From assembly GCF_006345805.1 (NCBI RefSeq), contig NC_043014.1, positions 29,078,001 to 29,142,000 on the forward strand: DNA of 64,000 nucleotides, written 5' to 3'. The notes below the pieces were generated by a model. It was given only the letters and a program-made list of their open reading frames with translations, was not told the DNA's origin and searched no databases. This document shows positions 27,099-41,309 of this stretch, piece by piece. A program made the position numbers and the translations under genes. Position 1 is the first letter of the stretch. Every line of letters starts with the position of its first letter. The DNA is from Octopus sinensis. Taxonomy: Eukaryota.

Positions 27099-28006
27099 GA
27101 ATATTTTAATCCTTTATTTACCTTTGCAGTTGCAAGATAGAAATAATTCTACTTCTATATTTCCCAACTATTTTCAGGGAATTAACTGTTAACCAATGCA
27201 GACTCTGTTTACTAGTAAAAGAAAAGTACGGATGAAGAGGAAGGAGAGGAGTAGGAATCAGAAGAGAAAAAGAGGAGTAGAAGGAAGTTGAAGGAATAAA
27301 TGAAGAAAAGAAAGAAAAGTTTGCTACTATGTCCAACTTAAGGTATGTCTACAAAGTTTGTTTCTTTTCTTGGATTGGGTATTTGAACCTTGGAGATAAC
27401 ATCTAAGGACAGTTCATTATTTTTAATTACAAAGATAATTACTCGTTCTGGTGAGAAGATTACTCTCAGCATTACGGTTTTTCTTTGGTTTTGTGATTAA
27501 CGTGATGGACTTGTTGTAAAGTGTTTGCTTTAATTCATCATATTTAAATATTTAGAAGAAAATTCATTCCTCGTACCAACATTCATACATGCACGCTCGC
27601 ATTGCGATGTGTGTGCATGAGAGAGATAAAGAGAAAGGGAGTAAGAGAGAGAAAGAGAAACGGAAAGAGTAAGACATCATTCATGGAGAGACAAGACAAT
27701 GGTGTATTCTTCTGTGACGCGGGAGACAAAACCCCTGGCAAAATAACAGAATACAAATACATGGGACAAGAGGTTTTTTTAACTGTCTGAATTGGTCACT
27801 AGGATCATATACGGAGGTTACTCGTCACTAACTAGAGCGTCTTTATCAAGAACATGACATTTTTGTTTTTCAGAGGATCTAGACGATCCGCCCCCAGAAA
27901 ATTTCAAACGAGAGGTCACCAACTGATTCATTTAAGCTAGCCATATCAAGTTTAATCTCTCTTACTTAGTTCCACACTCACTCACTCATTAGCGCGCGCG
28001 CATACA

Positions 28007-28076
<70 letters not shown>

Positions 28077-29446
28077 CACACGCACACACACAATCGCGCG
28101 TGCACACGAAAGGTCTTAATTGGGTAAGCTTAAACTAGATTCTCATGATGAAATTAAAGATTAGACTAGGTTCTTATGATACGTGATATGTGATTAGATA
28201 CGAAAGATTGGTGTGACAGATGATACATATTTTCTTACAGATATTTTAATCTGAGGCGATAAGCATACTAGTTTAAATACATAAATACTTACATGCGTAT
28301 ATACATGCACACATGTGTTTTGGTGTCTAAGCATACTTATATACATAAGCGAATACACACATATATATGCATATATGTTTATGCATATTAATAGGCATAC
28401 ATATATATTTTTATGCATCTAAATATACATGCAAATATATATATAAATAATTCGTTTGCATCCTTTCAAGAAATATGTTAACATTTGTGGTACAAGTTCA
28501 TAAAGCCCTGATGAGATTCTGTCCCATGTAATTGAAAATGATGACCAATTCTTAGCATAATGTCCTACCCAAATGCTTAGAATTACCAATCACCTAGGGG
28601 CATGAATCGAAACACATATGTAGGTTTTCGCATCTGCCATTTCTTTTAGAGCTTTATGATTTATAATTTATTAGCATTGTTTTTATAAAAAATTTCAACC
28701 TCTATTATATCATACATATAAATTATTTAAACATCTATAATTCTCCATTTTCTTCCTATCATACATGTATTTGTGTGTGTGTGTGGGTATGTATATATAT
28801 ATTATATATTATGGGAACAGTTAACCTCCTTCGTGCCAAATGATATCTCCTAAAAATAATGTTTCTCTGGATTCATTAATGAAACTAAATTAGCGACGGC
28901 ACTTGAAAAATTTCCAATACCTTAATATTAGCATATATTTTATATTGAAAATGTAAACCAACATTGAAATAGGATGAAATCAGTGTATTTTCTCTTTATC
29001 ACTGAAGAAAAAATATATCTAAGTGTTTATTTTGCTTGTGTGTGTGTCTGCGTAAGAGTGTGCGTTTTCAGCTTATACTAGTATATGGAATCGAGAGGAC
29101 GAGAGTTAGATAGGCCAGGGAAGGTTAAATGCATAGATAAAGGAATATAAAATGGTACATCAGACAAGATAAATAATTGGTCATACATGCACATAGATAT
29201 GCAGGTAAAGCAGATGGGTAGATGAATAGACACCCAGACAGACATACATTCAAATGAATGGATAAAAATTGCAATTGATAAAAATATAGATGAAGATAGA
29301 CAGGTAGGTATACAGAAGCGGATTATAAGACAGACATGTTATACAGAGCAAACCGTTACACGGTATAGGAACGAAAGAAACATAACCAACATTCACACAC
29401 ATGCAAACATAATTAATGTGAATATTTACACATGCAGCTCCACATA

Positions 29447-29878
29447 GGCGCAGGAGTGGCTGTGTGGTAAGTAGCTTGCTTACCAACCACATGGTTCCGG
29501 CTTCAGTCCCACTGCGTGGCACCTTGGGCAAGTGTCTTCTACTATAGCCTCGGACCGACCAATGCCTTGTGAGTGGATTTGGTAGACGGAAACTGAAAGA
29601 AGCCCGTCGTATATATGTATATATATATATGCGTGTGTGTGTTTGTATGTCTGTGTTTGTCCCCCTAGCATTGCTTGACAACCGATGCTGGTGTGTTTAT
29701 GCTCCCGTTACTTAGCGGTTCGGCAAAAGAGACCGATAGAATAAGTACTGGGCTTACAAAAGAATAAGTCCTGGGCTTACAAAAGAATAAGTCCTGGGGT
29801 CGAGTTTCTCGATTAAAGGCGGTGCTCCAGCATGGCCGCAGTTTAATGACTGAAACAAGTAAAAGAGTAAAGAGAGAG
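29447..29878 (+). mobile_element. SINE A, full length, with ~22-bp internal tandem duplication
   Basis: Canonical head and tail; CTGGGCTTACAAAGAATAAGTC present twice. Confidence 0.9.
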
Positions 29879-30335
29879 ATATAAATACTTATGTATGAAT
29901 GTATGTACGTACTGGTACCAAGCTGTATCGACCTTTGTCTTTCCCTTGGATAACACTGGTGGCGTGGAGAGGGGAGGCTGGTATGCATGGGCGACTGCTG
30001 GTCTTCCATAAACAACCTTGCCTGGACTTGTGTCTAGGAGGGTAACTTTCTAGGTGCAATCCCATGGTCATTCATGACCGAAGGGGGTCTTTACCCTTTA
30101 TATATATATATATATATATTTGTGTGTGTGTGTATATGTGTGTATAATGCGTGAGTATATAGGAATAACTTATCCAGGCGGGTACCGCAAGAGATCTCAG
30201 GTATAGTCCAGGTTTCGGCAAATCTCAACCAACTAGTAATAAGCACCAAGCATTGCTTAGGGTGTACAATCTCACTGTAATTCTTCCGAGGAGTAAATCC
30301 GGGTTCGCTTCATTGGAGTGTAAATCCAAAACGAT

Positions 30336-30547
30336 TACAAAGAGTACCCATGGTACATCTTCAAATATTAGTTTTAATTTTGATAGTTAATGGTACAGCG
30401 TAATTTTTCATCTCGGTTGCATATGCAACTGCACGATGCCTATCCAACAGAGACACGTGTCGGTCATTTTAACTAATCATGCTGTAAAATTAACTATCAA
30501 AATTAAAATAAAAAATTGAAGATATAACAGTCTCCATATTCTTTGTA
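30336..30547. mobile_element. MITE-like element with long imperfect TIRs and TA ends
   Basis: TACAAAGA...TCTTTGTA ends; arms containing TTTTAATTTTGATAGTTAAT / ATTAACTATCAAAATTAAAA; central palindrome GTTGCATATGCAAC (30416-30429). Confidence 0.65.
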
Positions 30548-30591
30548 ATTGTTTTGTGTGTGTGGGGTGATAGACACACACAATTGTTTAG

Positions 30592-30625
<34 letters not shown>

Positions 30626-30809
30626 TAGGGAACATTTGTTGCTTCATTCAATTACTCTCTTATTATTCAAAGTCCCACGTTCGAAAAATAAATACGAGTT
30701 CGATGGTCAGAAAAACATGATCAATCCATAAGCTACCAGGTACGGTGATTATGATTGGTCAAATTGTGTCGAATGTTGTGTAGGATGTAGGCGACTGGTT
30801 CACTGAGCT

Positions 30810-31330
30810 ACAAAGGGAGATTACCCAGTAGTAAAGGAGTACGACTTAAACATAACAATTAATACTGAATTAACAACGGTGAACTTCCTTGGTATGAAAC
30901 TATATTTTAAATCAGGCAAACACTCCTTATAGAAAGCCATATGAGGATATGACATACTTCAAGAAAAGAACCCAAATAACCACCAACCATATCTTGTAAC
31001 CGGACTAATTAAAAGTATTTCTCACCTATCCTCCAACAAAGACGCTTTTAATTAAATCGCTCCTCCTATAATAATGTTCTTGTCCAAAGGGTTTTCAGGA
31101 AGAATCTGGTATACACGGAAAATTCTCTACATTTCCCACACGAGAGAAGAACCAGGTAGGTCATCTGCTTTAATCCACCATGTAACTTGGATGTTACCAA
31201 GAATATGCCTTGGAACTTTCTAGCTCTACCAAGTCAACACCTCTCACCGATGCACAAATGTTAAGATCTGCTATTCCTATTCTGGAAATAATCGTTTTCC
31301 TGATTACGGAACAATAATCGACAGCATTCA
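30810..31330 (+). pseudogene. Penelope-like element reverse transcriptase remnant
   Basis: Frameshifted peptides YDLNITINTELTTVNFLG, PYRKP, NHQP, FNPP.N.DV and NVKICYS appear in the order typical of the PLE RT thumb/linker. Confidence 0.7.
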
Positions 31331-32379
31331 TCTACGAAGTCCTCACAGTAAGAATCAACTTGTAGCTGTGCAAATCTATCACCCTACTCAAGGAATTCCC
31401 TCTATTCAAAAGAGTTCGATATAAATCACTCATATCCGGATACAGTTATCAGAAATTATACGGAATTTACTGCGATTGCTATTTCTGCCGGCATCTTCAT
31501 CCATTTTGGTTGAGGAATTGGTAAAGTTCCATCTCCCTTTCCAGATTTATCTGTAAATTCAGAGACCATGGATACGAATGATTATCAATAACGTTGAGTT
31601 CCATCGGTTATAAAACTGCAGATGTCGTCGAACGGAAAAGTTCCAGATATTAAAAGAGCCAGTGAAATCTCTCAGCTATAGGTCAGAGGTGTTAGGCAGC
31701 TGTCATCATCGGGGAAAGTTTCTTCTGAATAATTTCCACAAAACTGAAAGCTTTAGACTTACTTTACAGAAAGACAAATTCATGGCCGTTGGATTTAATA
31801 ATTTCAAGGAGTAGTTGCCCTTGATATTTGAACTGGATTATCTCTTTTAGGACCATAGTTGTCCAATCATTTTCGGCTTACAACACATTCAACCATGTCA
31901 CTCATTTTGTTCCGCAAAAGTCAGTATATTTATTACTTTGCGGTCATAGATATATTCATTATATACTGCGTTTTACGTATTTCTTATTTTCTAAATCTCA
32001 GTGGGAAATTTCAATAAATTATAAGTTTATTGTGAATGGCATTCAATTGTTAATCTAATTTTACAAATTCATGACATTGGTTACTTTGGGTTATTTCCCT
32101 TGGCTTTCATTTATTTCAAATAACCGAAGTACATATTCATAGTTCTTTCTCACCCCTGCTGGCAAACAGAAAACAGAATATTTTTTCCTTAGACATGTAA
32201 ATTAACATGAACGTCACAGCTTACTTTCTTCAAATTATCTCCCCTTTTCTTTGACAGTCAATAACAGTTGCAACGAGATTTTCATTGGTTTGGCCAATTT
32301 TGAGGAAAATTTCATTAAAAATTTAAATGCAAACACTTTTGTATATACTCTTGAATAATACATGTGCATTGTGTATATA

Positions 32380-32391
32380 TTTGTGTGTGTG

Positions 32392-32464
<73 letters not shown>
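32380..32464. repeat. (TG)n microsatellite
   Basis: Direct reading. Confidence 0.95.
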
Positions 32465-32465
<1 letters not shown>

Positions 32466-32747
32466 GTAAATCTTATTAATATATTCTTAGTGAAAGAGCA
32501 ATGTATACATCCTTTCCCACGTTATTCGATCCGACATCTTATCTGAAACAATTTTGAACGTTTAGTCTGTCCTCCGGACCAAAGATGTATTGCCAGAAAT
32601 TTGCATATTTCGTTATAGCAATTTTTATTGATTCTTCAATAGATAAACGGATATATATATCTATCTATCTAACTATCTAGCCATATGCATATATACACAC
32701 ATACACACACACACAAACTCACACACATATATATATATACATGCATA

Positions 32748-32794
<47 letters not shown>

Positions 32795-32861
32795 ATGCAT
32801 ACACACCCATATATATGTACACACACCTATATATTATATATTGTATATATATATATATATG

Positions 32862-32903
<42 letters not shown>

Positions 32904-32975
32904 TAGATAGATAGATACATGTATATCTACATATGTATGTATATATATATAGTATATTATGCATATATAAATATG

Positions 32976-33021
<46 letters not shown>

Positions 33022-33336
33022 CGTAAGTATATATATATATATATAGGGAAAATAATATATATTATTTATTATATATTTATATATAAATATTATATGATAT
33101 ACTTATAAATATACATATACATATATAATATATATTTATATATGTATATTATACATTATATATAAATGTAGATCATATATGATATATATATATACACATA
33201 CATACGAACGCACGTATGTATGTAAATATACATATGCGTAAAATACACATATATAAATATAAATGCATATACATATGATATGCATATGTAATATGTCTAT
33301 CTATCTATCTGTCTGTCGTCCTACATACCTTCCTAT

Positions 33337-33400
<64 letters not shown>

Positions 33401-33520
33401 ATATATATATATATATATCTGTCTATCTGACTGTCTGTCTATTTGTTTGTATACACACACACACACACATATATATATATATTCCTGTCTCTCTTTATAA
33501 ATACATACACATCTATATTT

Positions 33521-33578
<58 letters not shown>

Positions 33579-33835
33579 GATAGATAAAGAGAAAAAGAGA
33601 GAAGGGGAGGGCGGAGACAGAAAGAGAGAGTCAGGAAAAAGAAGGAAGACATTCAAGTGTTTCTCGCTAAATGAACATTGTTAACGTGTCAGACAGTTAA
33701 CCAAACAAATAAATTAGGCCTATCGTTGTATGTCTGTGTGTCCAGTCTAGACATGCGTCTGTCTGTGTGTATTGATTACGTGGCGTATTGTCATGGTATA
33801 GTGAAGATTACGCCCAAGAAGATATTGTTTTTGTG

Positions 33836-34060
33836 CTACCTTAAACACCGCCATCCCCATCCGCTAGAATTTTTGCTGTCACAACAACACCCCCCCAACC
33901 CTACCACCGCTACCACCGCTACCACTCTTTCTACCACCACTGCCGACCCTTCTGCCACCCCTCTTACACCCGCTTCTATTCTTCGACTACTACCCACTGC
34001 CTCAAACATACCAACACCAGACATCACAAAGACACCGCCATTGCAAACCACAGTCACCAC

Positions 34061-34091
<31 letters not shown>

Positions 34092-34220
34092 GTCATCATT
34101 ATTAGCACCATAGTCGTCCATCATCCATCATTATCATCATCATCATCATTATCATCAGCATCATCATCACTATCATCATCACCATCATCATCATCGTCAT
34201 CATTATTAGCACCATCGTCG

Positions 34221-34251
<31 letters not shown>

Positions 34252-34430
34252 TATCATCAGCATCATCATCACTATCATCATCATCATCATCATCATCACT
34301 ATCATCATCACCATCATCATCATCATCATCATGGTCATCATTATTAGCACCATCGTCGTCGTCATCATCATCATCACCACTATTATCATCATCATCATCA
34401 TCATTATCATCAGCAATCGTCATCATCACT

Positions 34431-34462
<32 letters not shown>

Positions 34463-35036
34463 TATCATCATCATCATCATCGCCATCTTTCACACCACCA
34501 TCGCCACTACCATCCTTCCCTCCACCACTACCATGACCACCCCTACCCCCTCCACCACCATTCCCCCACCGCCACCATCACCACCATCACCACCACCGCC
34601 GCCGCCACCACCGCCGCCGCCACCACCACTATATAACTGCATCGCTTTTGCATCCTCAGCCGTTATCACAAATATCACCAGCGCTATCACCTACACTGCT
34701 ACCTCCGTCTCTGCCACCGCCGCCACCTCCACCACCACCAATCTTACCGCTACCACTAGCACCTCTCTCACCATTGCATCCTCCTCATCATCATCACCAT
34801 CATTATCATCATCCACGTCATTGCGAACACCACCTTGAACATCACCACATACATCAACACATTCTATGATGATGATGATGATGATGATGTTCATCGCCAT
34901 CATCGTAACCTTCATCATGATCATCATGATCATCACAATCGTCGTCGTCGTCACCACTGCCACCACCTCAACCACCACCACCACCACCACCACCACCCCC
35001 ACAACCACCACCACAACCATCACCACCACCACCACC

Positions 35037-35070
<34 letters not shown>

Positions 35071-35185
35071 TCATCGTTGTCGTCGTCACCACTGCCACCA
35101 CCTCAACACCACCACCACAACTACCACCTCAACCACCACAACCACCACCACCACCATAACCACCACCACCACCACCAATACCACC

Positions 35186-35230
<45 letters not shown>

Positions 35231-36234
35231 GTCGTCGTCGTCGTCGTTGTCCCCATTGCAGCCACTGACTTCCAGCGTTACCAATAAAAACAACCGCATC
35301 ATTAACACCATTTAAGACGCCAACACCACTCCGACCACTCCAGATGACACTGCAATCATCACCATAACCAAGACTACAACCACTACCACCATCTCCAACA
35401 CCATGCGAATCGAACCAGCGACGGAAATTTCTATGTGGTATTTTGATCTGCTAGAAATAGCAGCCAAATCTTCCACGGACAACTCAAACATACACACAAG
35501 TACCATCTTAAAAAAAAACAAAAACAAAAACAAAGCCAGAACATATTGAGTAATGTACTCAATCCTACACCGAGATGACCAAGGGCTAAACATGACTATA
35601 TCATTTGAATTCTCACCACAACCATTCCAGTGTCACCACTAATAAAATGCTGACATCTATCACCCACCGCCATTACTACCTGCAGCAACACCATTACACC
35701 ACCTCCTCCTCCACCACACCGCAGTTGCCGCCATCATCATCATCATCATCATCATCAGCGGCAGCAGCAGCAGCAGAACCACGGCTATACGAAAACGACG
35801 GTGTGCACGTTTGTTGTTTAGCAGACATGCATCAGTGTAACCACCACCACCACCACCACTACAAATCCACCCGACCCCCTTACCCCCACCCCCGTTATTT
35901 ACCATCAGAACCGTATACAAAACTATCACTACCACTTATAAACCACTTGGACAACTATAGCATTAGCACTACTGTACAACTACCACTACCATGACCACCA
36001 CCACCACCACCACCACCACCACTACCACCACCACCACCACCACCACCACCACCACAACCACCACTGCTACTACCATCACCTCGATACTACAATCCTCGCC
36101 ACAATGCCATCATCATTAAGGGTGTACAACCATTACCATCGTGTATGCCACCGTATCACCACTGCCACTACTACTACTAAATACTGCTACTACTACTACT
36201 ACTACTGCAACTACTACTACTGCTGCTGCTGCTG

Positions 36235-36272
<38 letters not shown>

Positions 36273-36273
36273 G

Positions 36274-36319
<46 letters not shown>

Positions 36320-36559
36320 AGCCACTACCACCATCATCACAACCGCCATCACCAGCACTATGCTGCTATCCCCTTTTATATTACCATGCTGCCACTATGT
36401 CCCCGCCACCATCACCACCGTTACCACCGTTACCACCGTTACCACCGTCATCGCCGCTATACCACCATTGCTTTCCTACCCCTCTACTATCACTACTGCT
36501 GCTGCTGCAACTACTACTACTACTACTACTACACCACCACCACCACCACCACCACCACC

Positions 36560-36602
<43 letters not shown>

Positions 36603-37060
36603 TCTTTAATACCATTATCACCCTCGCCACCCTCCCTACCGCTCAGTCACTCCACCCGCCCAAGCATCTATTAAACACATCATCATAATCCCCTCCAAAA
36701 ACACTACCGGCCCCACAACCAGCACCAACACCAACACCACCATTACTGCTGTATGTGGTTGTTCGATCCGCTAGAAATAGTAACCAAAATATCCCCCCCA
36801 CAACCCCCCACCACTACCACCAACATCTTACAAAGCAATCCTAAAGAAAAGGAAACAACCCCCCCCCCAAAAAAAATGAAGGAGGATGACACTGTAATGA
36901 TGTAGACAAGGGTACATTTAGGCAGAGAAAATCAACTGCAACAGCAACAACAAATACTACTACCACCACCACCACCATCACCATCACACCACCACCAACA
37001 CCACCATCACACCACCACCACCACCACCATCACACCACAACCACCAGCATCACCACCACC

Positions 37061-37131
<71 letters not shown>

Positions 37132-37140
37132 AGCCATCAA
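33836..37140. repeat. 3.3-kb compound trinucleotide array (CAT/CAC/TAC/CGC)
   Basis: Direct reading; G-poor + strand; internal higher-order repeats. Confidence 0.93.
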
Positions 37141-37554
37141 CATAATTTCCTGTCTGCAACGATAGATATCTTAGAATATCTTCAGACTGGTAAAAAAAAA
37201 AGGATGAGTATACGGAAAAAGGGATATAACCCTATTTGCAAAATAGTTATTGCTGCTCCCGATAGACGGCAGCAAGGTTCCCCCACGACGCTTTGCTAAA
37301 ACTGTAAACGAGACTTTAAAAGAGAAATTGTTATATAATAATAATAATAATAACAACAATAATAATAATAATATTAATAATAATAATAATAATAATAATA
37401 ATTCAAATTTTATTTTTTTATTTTCATTTTTATCTTTATTTTACAAATCCCTTCAAACTATGGTGATGAGAAAAATGGAGAGTGCAGTAATAATAATAAT
37501 ATTAATAATAATAATAATGATGTTAACAGCAACAACAATAATAATAATAATGAC

Positions 37555-37589
<35 letters not shown>

Positions 37590-37591
37590 GC

Positions 37592-37642
<51 letters not shown>

Positions 37643-37861
37643 GAATATTTTACTACTACTGGTATTTGTTCCAACTTGGTTATATACTGCGTTTTGAATT
37701 CCACTTCTTTTTCAATTTTTCGGGGGTCAATAAAACGAACAGCAATCAAGAAGTGAAGGCAATTAAATCAATTGTTTCTTTCCTCCCAGGTTTTGACTTT
37801 GTGCCTATTATTATTATTGTAAACATCATCATCATCATCATCATCATCATCATTATTATTA

Positions 37862-38094
<233 letters not shown>

Positions 38095-38539
38095 CTATAT
38101 ATATATATATATATATATATATAGATAGATAGATAGATATAGATATATATATGGATATATATATATAGATATATATATATATATACATATATATATACAC
38201 ATATATATACATATACATATATATACATATACATATATATATGGATATACATATATATATATAGATATATATATATAGATATACATATGTAGACACACAC
38301 ACGCACACACACACACACATACACACATACATATATGCTCACATTCTTGTCTATACATTCGTTAATACCCGGCCAATACCCATCCATCCAGCTATTTACC
38401 CATCTGTCTATCCATACAGCCATTTCCCCAACATCTATTTATGCAGTCATCATCCATCCGTGTATCTAGACATCCAGCTATCCATTTCTCTATACATTCA
38501 CTCATTCCATCAACATTTTCATCCATTATCGATCGATCG

Positions 38540-38557
38540 ATCCATCCGTCAATCCAT

Positions 38558-38593
<36 letters not shown>

Positions 38594-38705
38594 CCATCCC
38601 TTCATCCATCCATCCATCCATTCATCCATCCATCCATCCATCCATCTATCCATCCATTCACTCGTCCGTTCATCCATCCATCCATCCATCCATCTATCCA
38701 TCCAG
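38540..38705. repeat. (CATC)n microsatellite
   Basis: Direct reading; similar tracts at ~1637-1705 and ~2840-2925. Confidence 0.95.
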
Positions 38706-39700
38706 CTACCTATCGATCGATCCGTCTTGCAGCCACCCACTCCTTATCCATCTCTCTCTGTTTATCAATTATATTAAAGTCAACATAGGTATGTAGATAA
38801 ATCTCTGTATCCATACCTATATTCCACGCTTATATGCATACATCTCTCTATCAGAGACGATACACACACGTATGTACGTAGATTCTGTATCCAAACCTAT
38901 ATAAATTAATATGCACATACATCTCTGTATCCATACCTATATCCCTAATATCCCCCTACACGCATGACTGTATCCATAGAAACAGACCTACGTATTGATT
39001 ACGTCACTTGCTGCTAATGTTTATCAGCAGGACATTTGTTTTAAATTTCATTTTACCACCTGTTGCCTATATGTCTACAATAGTCAACTATAGGCAAATT
39101 TTCCTGGCATATATATATAGTTGCCAGTAGGCTCAATATAGGATCTATTCTTAACAGATTGCCTATTATTTATGATCTATTGATAGACTAAAGCATTTTC
39201 CCTATTATTATTGTTTTCATGATTAGAGCTGTTTCGGTCCGATATAGAGAATAAATGTTATTTTACTCCTTTACCTGTATTGTACTATTGTAATGTATAT
39301 CGTACCACTACAATGACGATGATGACGACCATCACCGCCAAAACATCACTACTACTAACATTAAAACAATACCATTCACTTGTAATGACATCACAAAAAT
39401 AATCACCATTAACAAATCCATCAATGATACAACCACCATTGCTCCAGCTATTCACCTTGTTTATCACTTTATCACTAACACATCAACCACAATAAAAATA
39501 TACACCGCTACCGTGTCAACATTAAGACAACTATCACTGTCACTGCCATCTTTGCCATAAGCACAAACACAACAACTAATTGTGGCAACCATCATGGCTA
39601 CGACGCAAACCACCTTTATCAGTTTATTTTGCCAACGTCAATGACTTCGAACAAATAAAAAATAAAAAATAAATAAAAAATATAAATAAATAAAAATACA

Positions 39701-40072
39701 GGCGTAGGAGTGGCTGTGTTGTAAGTAGCTTGCTTACCAGCCACATGGTTCCAGGTTCAGTCCCACTGCGTGGCACCATGGGCAAGTGTCTTCTACTATA
39801 GCTTCGGGTCGACCAAAGCCTTGTGAGTGGATTTGGTAGACGGAAACTGAAAGAAGCCCATCGTATATATGTATATATGTATATATATGCATGTGTGTGT
39901 GTGTGTGTGTGTGTATACGTTTGTGTGTCTGTGTTTGTCCCCTCAACATCGCTTGACAACCGATGATGGTGTGTTTACGTCCCCGTAACTTAGCGGTTCG
40001 ACAAAATCGGCCGATAGAATAAGCACTAGGCTTACAAAGAATAAGTCCTGGTGTCGATTTGCTCGACTAAAG
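39701..40072 (+). mobile_element. SINE A, 3'-truncated
   Basis: GGCGTAGGAGTGGCTGTG head through GCTCGACTAAAG. Confidence 0.88.
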
Positions 40073-40509
40073 TTAATGTAAAAAAAAAAGAAAATTATTA
40101 AAGAAAGCAGCCCTGGGAATCTTCATAAAATTATCAATATACATCCCTACTCATCCAAAGTCTGGCAGCAACGTTTAGACTAAGCTGTGCTGATGAGGTC
40201 TAATAAGGCTAAAACATATCCGACTTGTCATTGCTTTGCAAAAGATGACTGCCGCATTCTTTTTCCTCCCTGCCGCATTCTATTTCCAATTAATCAAATA
40301 TAAATGACTAATTCCTTGTCTTCTATGACCAAAAATATTCACTAACATTATGACTTGTTCTCATAAAATGTTTGATCAATTAAATTATTTTTTTGCCTAT
40401 TACATCAAGTATGGTAGCGATCACTTTACTACGAACCGAATTGGTTGGCATAGAAAATATATTAGACCAAAAGAGGAACACAGAACATGAGACTAGTACA
40501 GAAAGTATA

Positions 40510-40722
40510 TTGGTTTCAAAGTTTTAGTATAAGGCCAGCAAATTCAGGAGATAGGATAAGTCGATGGTATCGACGCCAGTGCGGTAATGATATTTATTTT
40601 ATCGATCCCCGAAAGGATGAAATACATAGTCGACCTTGACGGAATTTGAATTCAGAATATAAAGAGGGAAGAGATGCCGCTGAACATTTTGTCCAGCGTG
40701 CTAACGGTTCTGCCAGCTCACC
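40510..40722 (-). mobile_element. SINE B, diverged
   Basis: Reverse complement CGGTGAGCTGGCAGAACCGTTAGCACGC..GAATTCAAATTCC.. Confidence 0.75.
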
Positions 40723-40740
40723 GATTTGTGATACGGAAAG

Positions 40741-41309
40741 TGTTGGGTTGTCTGGAAAGTTCGTGCCGATTTATAGTAGCTTACCTTTCGACTTATTTTA
40801 GAACATGTTTGACTCTATAAAATAGGATTTGACAACACCACCATTTAAGGCAAAGTTTAAGCTATCTTTTCCTGGAAGAAGGTTTATGTTCTTATAACCT
40901 GTGTTAATTCTGTAACTCTTTAAAATGGAAAATAAGAAAGTTCATTTTCGGCACTTGATGCTTTGGGAACCAGACAAAAATTGCTGCAGCTCGGCTGGGA
41001 TGTGTTACTCCACTCTCCATATTCACCAGATATTGCTCCTTTGAATTTTCACTTATTCAGGTCTATGCAGAATAGTCTTAATGGTAAAAATTTCAATTCC
41101 TTGGATGACGTAAAAAGATACCTTGATGAATTCTCTGCCATGAAACCACCTCAATTCTGGGAAGAGGGTATTTTCAAGTTAAAGGAAAGATGGAGACGCA
41201 TTGTGCAACAAAATGGTTCATATTTGGTTGATTAAAAATGTAATGGCAGGTATTTATTGACCTTTTTCTTTCCTTTAAAAATCGGCACGACCTTTCCGGA
41301 AACCCAATA
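40741..41309 (+). mobile_element. Internally deleted mariner element with both TIRs
   Basis: Left TGTTGGGTTGTCTGGAAAGTTCGTGCCGATTT, right AAAATCGGCACGACCTTTCCGGAAACCCAATA. Confidence 0.88.
40925..41235 (+). pseudogene. Mariner transposase remnant (N-terminus fused out of frame to C-terminus)
   Basis: MENKKVHFRHLMLWE at 40925, then LGWDVLLHSPYSPDIAPLNFHLFRSMQNSL..WEEGIFKLKERW..NGSYLVD*. Confidence 0.88.

Noticed and set aside
27602-27926. Short ORF plus a TTTTGTTTTTCAG acceptor giving DLDDPPPENFKREVTN*
   Set aside because: The putative donor is weak and the frames do not join; no homology recognised
28508-28545. CTGATGA..GAAA match
   Set aside because: No UH triplet and no helix I; likely chance
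29914-30100. GC-richer block that looks like a retroposon 3' end
   Set aside because: Single copy in the window with no diagnostic motif, so it cannot be supported
31340-31800. Unique sequence with short open frames on the - strand
   Set aside because: All frames are interrupted and no motif is present
33678-34838. 386-aa Ser/Thr/Pro-rich ORF resembling a mucin
   Set aside because: Composed of stop-free CAT/CAC repeats, open in several frames on both strands, starts without ATG, and has no domain or splice support
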